Positions 37,950-46,472 of a DNA stretch of 64,000 bases are shown here, piece after piece. The position numbers and the translations under genes are program-made. The notes under the pieces were generated by a model. The model searched no databases, was not told the origin of the DNA, and worked only from the letters and a program-made list of their open reading frames with translations. The stretch spans positions 6,555-70,554 of the forward strand of contig JAGCDJ010000043.1 in the NCBI GenBank assembly GCA_017651185.1, given 5' to 3'. The stretch is from Bacteroidales bacterium. GTDB lineage: Bacteria; Bacteroidota; Bacteroidia; Bacteroidales; ML635J-15. The first letter of the stretch is position 1. Every line of letters starts with the position of its first letter.

Positions 37950-39239
37950 ATGGCAAAAGTCAATATTGTAACGATGGGCTGTTCGAAGAATCTTGTCGAT
38001 TCGGAGAAACTTGCCGCCCAACTTGTGGCAAACGGCTACGAGGTTGTGTTTGATGCAGAATGCAGAGATGCGGAAATTGCGTTTGTGAATACCTGCGGTT
38101 TTATAAACGATGCCAAGGAGGAGTCGATAAATGCAATTCTGAAACTTGCTGGCGACAAGGGTAGCACAAAACTGAAAAAGATTGTCGTGTTTGGATGCCT
38201 CTCGGCTCGCTACTACGATGACTTAAAGGCCGAACTGCACGAGGTTGACTTTATGTGCGGCAACTACAAGATTGACGAACTTCTTGCTTTCCTCGGCAAG
38301 AAACCCGATGAGGACAAGGCAAATTCGCGCGTGTCGAGTTCGGCAGGACATTATGCCTATTTGAAGATTTCGGAAGGTTGCGTGCGCAACTGCGCTTTCT
38401 GTGCTATTCCGCTGTTCAAGGGCAAGTATGTGTCGCGTAGCATGGACGACATTATTGCCGAAACCGAAAATCTTGCAAAAAGCGGTGTCAAGGAGTTGAT
38501 TCTCATTGCGCAGGACTTGTGCTACTATGGCTACGATGTGGAACATCGTTTTATGTTGCCCGATCTTGTGGAGCGTCTGTCAAAGATAGATGGGGTGGAG
38601 TGGATTCGTCTTCATTACCTTTACCCGTTCCTGTTCCCGGAACGTTTGCTCGATGTCATCCGCGACAATCCAAAGGTTTGTAAGTACATTGACATTCCTT
38701 TGCAGCATATTTCCGACAAGGTTCTTGCAGGTATGCACCGCGGTGGAGACAAAAAACAGACAATCGCACTGCTTGATAAGATTCGCAAGACTATTCCAAA
38801 TGCTGTAATCCGCACCACAATGCTTGTCGGTTTTCCAAACGAGGGCGATGCCGAGTTCGAGGAATTGCTTGAGTTTGTGAAGGAGCAGAAATTCGACCGA
38901 CTTGGCGTGTTTACATATTCGGAAGAGGACGGTACTGCTGCCGCAAGTGAATTTGAGGATGTTGTCCCGCCGGAAGTCAAGGACGAACGCGCCAATAGGA
39001 TTATGGAATTGCAGCAGGAAATTTCTCTGCAGTCAAATATGGCTAAGGTCGGAAAGACTTTCCGCGTGCTAATAGACTATATTGAAGACGATATGTTTGT
39101 CGGTCGTACCGAGTTCGACTCGGTGGAAGTTGACAACGAGGTGCTTTTCCCGTATTCCGACAAATATAAGGTCGGCGATTTCGTGTATGTGAAGATTGAC
39201 GATGCTTCGGAATATGAGTTGTATGGTACGGTAATATAA
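37950..39239 (+). CDS. rimO: Ribosomal protein S12 methylthiotransferase
   Basis: MGCSKNLVDSE, VNTCGFI, KISEGCVRNCAFCAIP, C-terminal TRAM (GRTEFDSVEVD). Confidence 0.92.
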   Translation: MAKVNIVTMGCSKNLVDSEKLAAQLVANGYEVVFDAECRDAEIAFVNTCGFINDAKEESINAILKLAGDKGSTKLKKIVVFGCLSARYYDDLKAELHEVDFMCGNYKIDELLAFLGKKPDEDKANSRVSSSAGHYAYLKISEGCVRNCAFCAIPLFKGKYVSRSMDDIIAETENLAKSGVKELILIAQDLCYYGYDVEHRFMLPDLVERLSKIDGVEWIRLHYLYPFLFPERLLDVIRDNPKVCKYIDIPLQHISDKVLAGMHRGGDKKQTIALLDKIRKTIPNAVIRTTMLVGFPNEGDAEFEELLEFVKEQKFDRLGVFTYSEEDGTAAASEFEDVVPPEVKDERANRIMELQQEISLQSNMAKVGKTFRVLIDYIEDDMFVGRTEFDSVEVDNEVLFPYSDKYKVGDFVYVKIDDASEYELYGTVI

Positions 39240-39242
39240 AAC

Positions 39243-39271
39243 AAAAAAGCACCAATTATGGTGCTTTTTTT
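39243..39271. terminator. Bidirectional intrinsic terminator
   Basis: AAAAAAGCACCA-ATTA-TGGTGCTTTTTTT. Confidence 0.8.
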
Positions 39272-39293
39272 ATTTAATGCTTTAAAAATTCAT

Positions 39294-40400
39294 TTATTCC
39301 AAGCCGAACAATCTGTAGAACTTGTCGAGTTTGTAGTCCTTTGTTACGCCAATCATTTCTTCCCAAAGTGAATCCGGAATAGGAACTCCGTTTTCGCGGC
39401 GTTTGAGGAAGTTTTCGTATTCTTTTTCGCCTGCAGTATAGATTCTGTCGTGTCCTGGCATCTTCTGTGAATTGCGGAGGTCGCGGAGCAAGTTTCCTGC
39501 ATTTTTCTTGAAAACGTCCAAATCCTGGAATGTTTCAACGTTTATTGCAATGAAGAAATGTCCAAGGCGGTATGGCTTCTTGTTGCCGTTCTCGTCAAGT
39601 CCGGTAAGTGCCTTCATGTAGCCACCGCATTGCAATGCCGACGACAAAATTTCCACAACTGTTGCATATCCGTAGCCCTTGTATCCTGCGGTTTCTTCTC
39701 CTATACCACCGAGCGGAGCAAGAGCGGCACGACCTTTTACAAGATCTTCGAGGACTTCAACCGAATTGGTCTTGGAATTGCCTTCGCGGTCGATGCACCA
39801 GCCTTTTGGCAGGTCTTTGCCGACTTTTGCGTAGTATTCGAATTTTCCGCGCTGGCTTACCGATGTTGCGCAGTCGAGGAAGAACGGAAATTCTTCATCG
39901 GTTGGGATTACGAATGTCAGAGGGTTTGTGCCGAGCATGTTTTCAACACCGAAAGTAGGAGCGATGGATGGACGGGCGTTTGTGCCGGTGAGACCAATCA
40001 TGCCTTCTCGTGCTGCCATAAGTCCGTAGTAACCAGCGATTCCATAGTGCGAACTATTGCGAACGGCCACCATACCCATGCCGAATTTCTTTGCCTTGTC
40101 GATAGCCATCTGCATTGCCTGTTTCGAAACCACATGTCCCATACCGTTATTGGCATCGAGTAGGGCGGTTGTTGGACTTTCGCGCAGAATGTCAACCTTG
40201 GTAACTGGATTTACGATTCCAGCCTTGATTCTATCTAGGTATATGGGTTTCAATCTGTTGATTCCGTGCGAATCGATTCCGAACTTGTCGGCTTCGAGAA
40301 GCACATCCGCTATTATTTCTGCATCTTTTTCTGGCACTCCAGCTTTTTTCAACGAATCCACGCTGAACAGATGCAATGTGTCAAAATCTAAATGTCTCAT
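39294..40400 (-). CDS. Ldh_2 family malate/L-lactate-type dehydrogenase
   Basis: GIDSHG, NSSHYG, LGTNPL, GYKGYG, GHFFIAI, GEKE. Confidence 0.85.
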   Translation of the reverse strand: MRHLDFDTLHLFSVDSLKKAGVPEKDAEIIADVLLEADKFGIDSHGINRLKPIYLDRIKAGIVNPVTKVDILRESPTTALLDANNGMGHVVSKQAMQMAIDKAKKFGMGMVAVRNSSHYGIAGYYGLMAAREGMIGLTGTNARPSIAPTFGVENMLGTNPLTFVIPTDEEFPFFLDCATSVSQRGKFEYYAKVGKDLPKGWCIDREGNSKTNSVEVLEDLVKGRAALAPLGGIGEETAGYKGYGYATVVEILSSALQCGGYMKALTGLDENGNKKPYRLGHFFIAINVETFQDLDVFKKNAGNLLRDLRNSQKMPGHDRIYTAGEKEYENFLKRRENGVPIPDSLWEEMIGVTKDYKLDKFYRLFGLE

Positions 40401-40572
40401 TTCTAATAAAATATTTTTTTGACAAAGATACCTATATATTATTTGTTAGTAGGCGGTCTAACTTTTTTTTGTCAACAGCACAATGTTTGGTATTGAACTC
40501 TGAGAGGCAAAATGTCAGTTAGCATTATGTTTTTTTCATTATGTTTCTTAACTTTGCCTAAAAATTTGGGTG

Positions 40573-41631
40573 ATGAAGCGTTTCTCGTTTATATTGTTTA
40601 TGTCGCTTTTGCTGTGTAATGCAATGGCGCAGGAGGGGATTCCCATGGGACTGGTAATTATTGATTCTCTTCATGTAAGGTTTAATGGCGTCAGGTATGC
40701 GTTCGAAGAAGATTTAAAGTCGCTGTACGTCGATGTAAACTATAATGACGAAACGCCAACTAAGATTGATATTGTCAACAAAATACAGATTGAGGGCAAA
40801 GTTTATCCTGTAAAAAGGGTTGGTGCAAGGGCTTTCTATGGATGCCGCAACATAACAAGCGTAATGATTCCGTCTGGCATTGAGTTTATTGACAGCAGTG
40901 CCTTTCGCTGGTGTGTAAACCTTTCAAATTTAAGTATTTCTAGCGATATTAAACGAATTGGTCCAGATTGTTTCCGTAATTGTAGCAATCTGCGCAATTT
41001 TCATTTCCCGTCAAAGGTTCAAGTAATTAGCAATGGTTGTTTCAGGGCAAGCGGACTGATGTCGGCGGTAATTCCCGAAGGTGTGGTGGAGATTGGTTCG
41101 TATGCTTTCGAAGGATGCAAGTCGTTGGCGGGAGTCAGACTTCCGAACTCGTTGAAGAAGATTGGTAAGGAGGCGTTTGCTAATTGTTGGGCACTGAAAA
41201 ATATATTCATACATGACCAGGTACGTAGTGTAGGCGAGGGCGCTTTCATGGCTTGCCGTAGTCTCGAAGGTGCAATATTCGTTAAGGTTATGGATTCGAG
41301 AATAAAGACAATCGTTGCAGCCAATGCGTTTGCCGAGTGCAAGGCACTGAAGGATGTCATTTGCAGGACGGGACGAGTAGGAAATGTCAAGGATGTAATA
41401 TTTCACGAAGATTCTTTTGCGGGTTGCAATTTTGTGGTTGACAATATTAAATACGAGACACCAGAGGGCGTAAATCCGAATGCAAGCAAGCGCAAGAAAG
41501 GCGATTCTGAATTTGATGAGGATGAAGCAACTGTTGATGTGGACAATGCCGAACGACTGCGCACAAGCAAAACTGTTGAGCGTGCGCGTAAGGATATCGG
41601 TGTTCGTAAGAATGCAAAGAAGAAAAAGTAG
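40573..41631 (+). CDS. Secreted BspA-type leucine-rich repeat (LRR_5) protein
   Basis: Signal peptide; repeats like IPEGVVEIGSYAFEGCKSL. Confidence 0.85.
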   Translation: MKRFSFILFMSLLLCNAMAQEGIPMGLVIIDSLHVRFNGVRYAFEEDLKSLYVDVNYNDETPTKIDIVNKIQIEGKVYPVKRVGARAFYGCRNITSVMIPSGIEFIDSSAFRWCVNLSNLSISSDIKRIGPDCFRNCSNLRNFHFPSKVQVISNGCFRASGLMSAVIPEGVVEIGSYAFEGCKSLAGVRLPNSLKKIGKEAFANCWALKNIFIHDQVRSVGEGAFMACRSLEGAIFVKVMDSRIKTIVAANAFAECKALKDVICRTGRVGNVKDVIFHEDSFAGCNFVVDNIKYETPEGVNPNASKRKKGDSEFDEDEATVDVDNAERLRTSKTVERARKDIGVRKNAKKKK

Positions 41632-41634
41632 GCT

Positions 41635-42375
41635 TTACACCATATTTCTTTCCTTCTTGATTCGTTCGTATGCCTCGTTAATTGCCTGGAATTTCTCTGT
41701 TGCCTTGCGTGTGACTTCTTCGCCCATGCCTGCAACCTTGTCGGGATGGTGCTTCATAGCCATCTTCTTGTATGCCTTCTTAACTTCTTCGTTTGTAGCA
41801 TCCTTTGTGATACCAAGGATTTCGTAGTCAGAATCTCTGCCTACAACAATGAACATCGACTTTATGGAGTTGTAATCGTATTCGCTGATGCCGATTCCTG
41901 TTGCTATTCGCTTTATGACGTCAAGTTCTTCCTTTACAATTTCGTTGTCGGCATTTGCTATTCCGAAAAGATAGTGCAGAAGTTGTAGTTTCAGCGAGTT
42001 GTTCATGTTGTACCTTATCTGTCGGCAGACATCATCAAGCGGAATTTCTGCATTCAGCATTGGTTTTAGCAATTGCAATGCCTTTAGCGTCTTTTCCTTG
42101 CCAAAATTCTGGACAAGGAATGCCTTTACATATTCCAGTTCGCTCTTTTTTACAATGTTGTCGGCTTTCATTACTGCTGCCGAGAGTGTAAGCAGTACCA
42201 CCATGAAGTCGCCCTTTTCTGTGTGCCTTGTTCTATTGCTAGGTCTTGCCTGTCCGTTATCCGAAGAGTCACTTAGTCCATCAATTGCCGAACCGATGAA
42301 GAAACCAATCAGTCCACCAATAGGACCTGTTAGAACCCATGTCAAGCCACCAAGTATCCATTTCCATTTTCCCAT
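41635..42375 (-). CDS. djlA: DjlA-like co-chaperone (TerB domain + J domain)
   Basis: GPIGGLIG membrane anchor, AAVMKAD, YEILG...KHHPDK. Confidence 0.85.
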   Translation of the reverse strand: MGKWKWILGGLTWVLTGPIGGLIGFFIGSAIDGLSDSSDNGQARPSNRTRHTEKGDFMVVLLTLSAAVMKADNIVKKSELEYVKAFLVQNFGKEKTLKALQLLKPMLNAEIPLDDVCRQIRYNMNNSLKLQLLHYLFGIANADNEIVKEELDVIKRIATGIGISEYDYNSIKSMFIVVGRDSDYEILGITKDATNEEVKKAYKKMAMKHHPDKVAGMGEEVTRKATEKFQAINEAYERIKKERNMV

Positions 42376-42380
42376 AGTTG

Positions 42381-42956
42381 TCAGTATTTTAGATTGTTAA
42401 TAAAAGTTTCAGTTTGTTCTATCAATGAATGGTTCCTGTCATTTATGAAAATTGCGTTGCACTTTTCGCGACCTGAATTCTTCCTTTGCATTCTTATTTT
42501 TTGTAGTGCAGTTTCTTCCGAAACTTTGTCTCGCAGGCAAATTCTCTTTACGAGGATTTCTTCAGGTGCTTCCACAAAAAGTATCTTGTCGAGAATGTCT
42601 TCAAGTTTTGCTTCGAATATTATTGCTGATTCAATTGCTACTATGTTGGAATTCTGTGCATTTCTCCATTCAATGAAATCTTGCTTTACAGCAGGATGCA
42701 CTATTGAGTTTACAGTTTTTCTGTTTTCTTCGTTTCCGAAAACTATTTCCCTGAGATAATCCTTGTTGATTGTTCCGTTTGCGTATGTTTTTTTTCCGAA
42801 GCATCTAACTAGCGATTCTTTTATCTGCAAGTTAGTGTTCATTAGAAGTTTGGCTTGGGTGTCAGCATCATATACTGGTATGTCCATTGAGCGGAAAACC
42901 TGACTTAGCATGGATTTTCCCGAACCTATGATTCCTGTTATGCCGATGCTAATCAT
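42381..42956 (-). CDS. coaE: Dephospho-CoA kinase
   Basis: GITGIIGSGKS, VYDAD, NSIVHPAV, ESAIIFE. Confidence 0.9.
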   Translation of the reverse strand: MISIGITGIIGSGKSMLSQVFRSMDIPVYDADTQAKLLMNTNLQIKESLVRCFGKKTYANGTINKDYLREIVFGNEENRKTVNSIVHPAVKQDFIEWRNAQNSNIVAIESAIIFEAKLEDILDKILFVEAPEEILVKRICLRDKVSEETALQKIRMQRKNSGREKCNAIFINDRNHSLIEQTETFINNLKY

Positions 42957-43954
42957 TTTTTTTCGAGTATAAAGCTGCAGGTTTCGGGTGAGTTTCTTTG
43001 TATTTGTATTTTACCGTCGTTGGACTGAACTTTGATTTCTATAATGTTGTCCTTGGCGTTTTGGTAGTCGGCAGTGGCTGTGAAATTGTATTCCTGCACA
43101 TCGTTGTAGTGCGAAATTTGTACAAGGTAGTTTACGTCAACATATTGTGGCAGAATTGTGTAAGAGTATTCTGGTGGAAAGTTGACTGGCTTTATCTTTA
43201 TGCGTTTGCTTGCCCGAGTGAACATTCCTATTTCGTACGAAATGCTTGCGATTGATTGTGAGGAACTTATGCCGTCGGGTATGTCAAGGACAAGATTGTA
43301 TTGCTTTTTTGCTTTCAACAAACCAAGGTTTTCGTCCTCGACACCGATTGAAAATATGCTGTCGATGCTTGAGGTTTTGCCTATGATTGTTACTGAATCG
43401 GGGACAATCATAGTTTTTGTAATTTTTTGTCCGTCAATAAGGTTATATGAAATGTTTGAGATGTCAACAGGAACTTTTTTCTCCTTTACATTTATTATGT
43501 CGAAGAAGATTGTGTCTGGTTTTATGTCGCCGAGATTTATTTTTTCACCTACTTTTTTCCTGATGAGCGGTCTGAGGTCGTTGGTTATGACGTAGGCCTT
43601 GCCCTTGCTGCTTGCATATTTCAGCAATGGACGATTGTCTTGTGCTTTTGTTTCGAGGTCAATGTTCAGCGGAATGTTCCTTGTCTTGAAACTTTCCTGG
43701 AAAAGGTTGTATCCTTGTCCCGATGCTGTCACAAAAAGTTCTCCGCTGTGAGAACTCTCGTTGCTTATTGTCTTGGGAATGTTTTTGAACTTGTACTTTA
43801 TGGTTATATCGCTGGTGAGGTTCTTGTTGAGATAATTGAGGAACCAAAGGAAGAATGACAGGACAACAAAAACAAGGAATACCAGAAAATTTCTGTTATT
43901 GACCACCTTTACAACGGGATTCCCTTTCTTATTTGGTTCCTGCTGTTCTGTCAT
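42953..43954 (-). CDS. YbbR/CdaR-like membrane protein
   Basis: N-terminal TM (FLVFLVFVVLSFFLWFL), KKVPV, PDSVTIIG; conserved yajC-ybbR-coaE order. Confidence 0.7.
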   Translation of the reverse strand: MTEQQEPNKKGNPVVKVVNNRNFLVFLVFVVLSFFLWFLNYLNKNLTSDITIKYKFKNIPKTISNESSHSGELFVTASGQGYNLFQESFKTRNIPLNIDLETKAQDNRPLLKYASSKGKAYVITNDLRPLIRKKVGEKINLGDIKPDTIFFDIINVKEKKVPVDISNISYNLIDGQKITKTMIVPDSVTIIGKTSSIDSIFSIGVEDENLGLLKAKKQYNLVLDIPDGISSSQSIASISYEIGMFTRASKRIKIKPVNFPPEYSYTILPQYVDVNYLVQISHYNDVQEYNFTATADYQNAKDNIIEIKVQSNDGKIQIQRNSPETCSFILEKK

Positions 43955-43974
43955 TCGATGTAATTATGAAAGAA

Positions 43975-44322
43975 TTACTTTTTCTCTGCAGTATCGTTGT
44001 TCTGGTTTTCTGCTTCGGTGAAACTTACGATTGAGTTTTTGTCAATCTTTATTTTCACACCGTTGGCAATTTCGAGAAGTACGTATGTGTCGCTAATTTC
44101 ATCGATGATTCCGTAAACACCGCCTGCGGTTATTACCTTGCTGCCTTTTTTCAAGCTTTCTTTGAACTTTTGTGCTTCCTTGTTGCGCTTCGATGCTGGT
44201 CTAATCATGAAGAAATAGATTACTGCGATTAGCAATACCCAGAAGATTACATTCATCCAGATGTTCGACTTTGGAGCTGCCTGAGCTGCGTCCTGTAATA
44301 AAATTAATAAGATGTTTTGCAT
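43975..44322 (-). CDS. yajC: Preprotein translocase subunit YajC
   Basis: YFFMIRP, LKKGSKVITAGGVYG. Confidence 0.92.
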   Translation of the reverse strand: MQNILLILLQDAAQAAPKSNIWMNVIFWVLLIAVIYFFMIRPASKRNKEAQKFKESLKKGSKVITAGGVYGIIDEISDTYVLLEIANGVKIKIDKNSIVSFTEAENQNNDTAEKK

Positions 44323-44345
44323 ATAAATGATATTAAGTTAGTTAA

Positions 44346-44816
44346 CTATTTTGTTACGACATCGCACCTGATATATAGCACATGTTCGTTGGGGTCGGTA
44401 TTGGCAGAGATGCGCACATTCTTGTTTTGTATTCCAGTTTTGTTGGAACTGTCGAAAGTTAGTTCCACATATCCCTCTTCGCCTGGTTTTACTGGCTCAC
44501 GCGTCCATTTTGGCGAGGTGCATCCGCACGATGGCTTTACACTTGAAATTACAAGATTGCCTTCACCTGTATTTGTGAATTTGAACTTATGAGTCACTTT
44601 TTCACCTTGGATAACTGTGCCAAAGTTGTATTCGGTTTCGGAGAATACCATCTTGGGCATCCCGTCGCTATTCTTTGTGCTATCGTCCACATTGTCGGCA
44701 GAAATTGGGTTGTCGATTCCGTATTCGCCACCGCCCGTCTTCGGGGTTTCCTTGCACGATATTGTGGCAAGTGCCATTATGACGATTAGTATTATTGATA
44801 TTTTTCTTGTTTTCAT
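44346..44816 (-). CDS. DUF1573 lipoprotein
   Basis: Lipobox TISC; FTNTGEGNLVISSVKPSCGCT. Confidence 0.85.
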   Translation of the reverse strand: MKTRKISIILIVIMALATISCKETPKTGGGEYGIDNPISADNVDDSTKNSDGMPKMVFSETEYNFGTVIQGEKVTHKFKFTNTGEGNLVISSVKPSCGCTSPKWTREPVKPGEEGYVELTFDSSNKTGIQNKNVRISANTDPNEHVLYIRCDVVTK

Positions 44817-44871
44817 TGTTTCTTTCTTTATGAGTCGTGCCATGGCGCGACTTTTCATTTTTTTTATGTGT

Positions 44872-45816
44872 TTATAGAAGTCCCATGCCTATTTTGTTAA
44901 GCGTGTTGTCATCCTTGCTCTGGTTGTATATTCTGTCGAGGATGCCATTAATGAATGTGCCGCTCTTTTCGGTGCTGTATCCCTTGGCGATTTCAATGTA
45001 TTCGTTTATTGTAACTCTAAACGGAAGTTCTGGGAATTGTGTCATTTCGCAGAGTGCAAGATGTAGAATCACCCTGTCCATGAATGCGATACGCTGAAGT
45101 TCCCATTTTTGCAGGTTCTTTTCGATTAGTTCATCGAATTTCTGACGGTACAGGCAGGTACTTTTTATGAGTGTGTACGCAAATTCACGGTCTTCATCGT
45201 TTTTGAATGTTGGTGGTAGACGGAACTTGTCGATGTTGTCGTCGTTAAGTTTCTTTATTGTCTGTATAAGGTTGCTTAAAGCAAATTCGATGTCGTCGTT
45301 CCAGTAGATGCTTTCGGTTTCGAGTATTTCATCGAGGTCTTCGTTGTCTACGAGATATTTGTTTATAATCTTGCAAATCAAGTCGGTATCCTGCTTTAAA
45401 CTGCGATTTTCGTCTTCCATGTAGTTCTTGTAGAACTCTGAATTTGCCATCTTGTTGAAGATGTTGCGTACGAATTCGTAGTGTTCCGACCAGTTGGTGC
45501 TGGCATTCTCCATGTATTTCTTTATGGTTGGTTCGGTACGGAACGCCTGTATAATTCGGTTGTCTACGAATTTGCGGTTGGGGTTCAGGTCTTCTTCTGT
45601 AGGAAGCAACTTGTTGCGGTTGAATTCAATCTTATATTCGGCGTGGTCGGCAATTGCCACCATAAGGCAGAATGTTTCCACAAAAAGTTCGTATGACTTT
45701 TCAATGCTCATTTCTAGAGCTTCCCAGACTTTCTCTAGCGAACCGTCGTAATTCCCTTGAACAAAAGCGTAATAGGTCTGAACCGCCTTTATTCTAACCA
45801 ATCTCCTGCTAATCAT
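44872..45816 (-). CDS. nusB: Transcription antitermination factor NusB (long Bacteroidota form)
   Basis: MISRRLVRIKAVQ, WELQRIAFMDR, VTINEYIEIAKGYST, FINGILD. Confidence 0.92.
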   Translation of the reverse strand: MISRRLVRIKAVQTYYAFVQGNYDGSLEKVWEALEMSIEKSYELFVETFCLMVAIADHAEYKIEFNRNKLLPTEEDLNPNRKFVDNRIIQAFRTEPTIKKYMENASTNWSEHYEFVRNIFNKMANSEFYKNYMEDENRSLKQDTDLICKIINKYLVDNEDLDEILETESIYWNDDIEFALSNLIQTIKKLNDDNIDKFRLPPTFKNDEDREFAYTLIKSTCLYRQKFDELIEKNLQKWELQRIAFMDRVILHLALCEMTQFPELPFRVTINEYIEIAKGYSTEKSGTFINGILDRIYNQSKDDNTLNKIGMGLL

Positions 45817-45970
45817 CGTTTATGCAAAATTATTTGCGCAAATTTAGTTATTTTATTAAAGTGTGCATAATCTTTTTTGAGTATTAATTTCACTTTTTCT
45901 TGTTAATTTTTAATATTAAATTTGCATTATCAAGTTATTTGTCTAAATTTGTCCCGACAAAATTTTAATT

Positions 45971-46261
45971 ATGGATTCAATCGAGAAAGATAGAAGGATT
46001 GTTAATTCCACTTCGGTAAAGATTGGAAAGAGGACGTATTTCTTTGATGTAAAGGCAACTGCAAATGGTGACTACTATCTTGTGATGACTGAAAGCAGGC
46101 GTATTCAGGACGGCAGTTTCGAGAAGCATAAGATTTTCCTGTACAAGGAAGATTTCTATAAGTTTGCGCAGGCCTACGACGAAGTTATGTCCTTCATGAA
46201 GGCCGAAAAGCCAGACTACTTTGTTGAACCGGAGTTTCCAGAAGTGGAAGAGGAACAATAG
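45971..46261 (+). CDS. PUR-family (DUF3276) nucleic-acid-binding protein
   Basis: GKRTYFFDVK, YLVMTES, EKHKIFLYKEDF. Confidence 0.88.
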   Translation: MDSIEKDRRIVNSTSVKIGKRTYFFDVKATANGDYYLVMTESRRIQDGSFEKHKIFLYKEDFYKFAQAYDEVMSFMKAEKPDYFVEPEFPEVEEEQ

Positions 46262-46287
46262 TTAGCGTTCCTTATTTTGGTTGGTTT

Positions 46288-46313
46288 CGGCAGTGAAACT
46301 GCTGCCGTTTTTT
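46288..46313 (+). terminator. Intrinsic terminator
   Basis: CGGCAGT-GAAACT-GCTGCCG-TTTTTT. Confidence 0.65.
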
Positions 46314-46419
46314 ATTGCCGTGTAATAGCGGCTTTTTTTGTGACTTCTATCAATACGCGCTTTGGCACGTCTTTGCAGGGGGGGCTGTTGAGAGGAAGGT
46401 CTTGCTTCTCAATACCTAT

Positions 46420-46452
46420 AAAAAAATAGGGACAGTAACCTGTCCCTATTTT
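46420..46452 (-). terminator. Intrinsic terminator of ppdK
   Basis: AAAATAGGGACAG-TAAC-CTGTCCCTATTTT. Confidence 0.8.
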
Positions 46453-46472
46453 CAATTATTCTTGTAATTCAA

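Noticed and set aside
39294-40400. Ldh_2 enzyme as sulfolactate dehydrogenase (ComC-like) linked to cysteate metabolism
   Set aside because: The family includes ComC, but the gene is over 20 kb from the operon and nothing in the sequence indicates the substrate.
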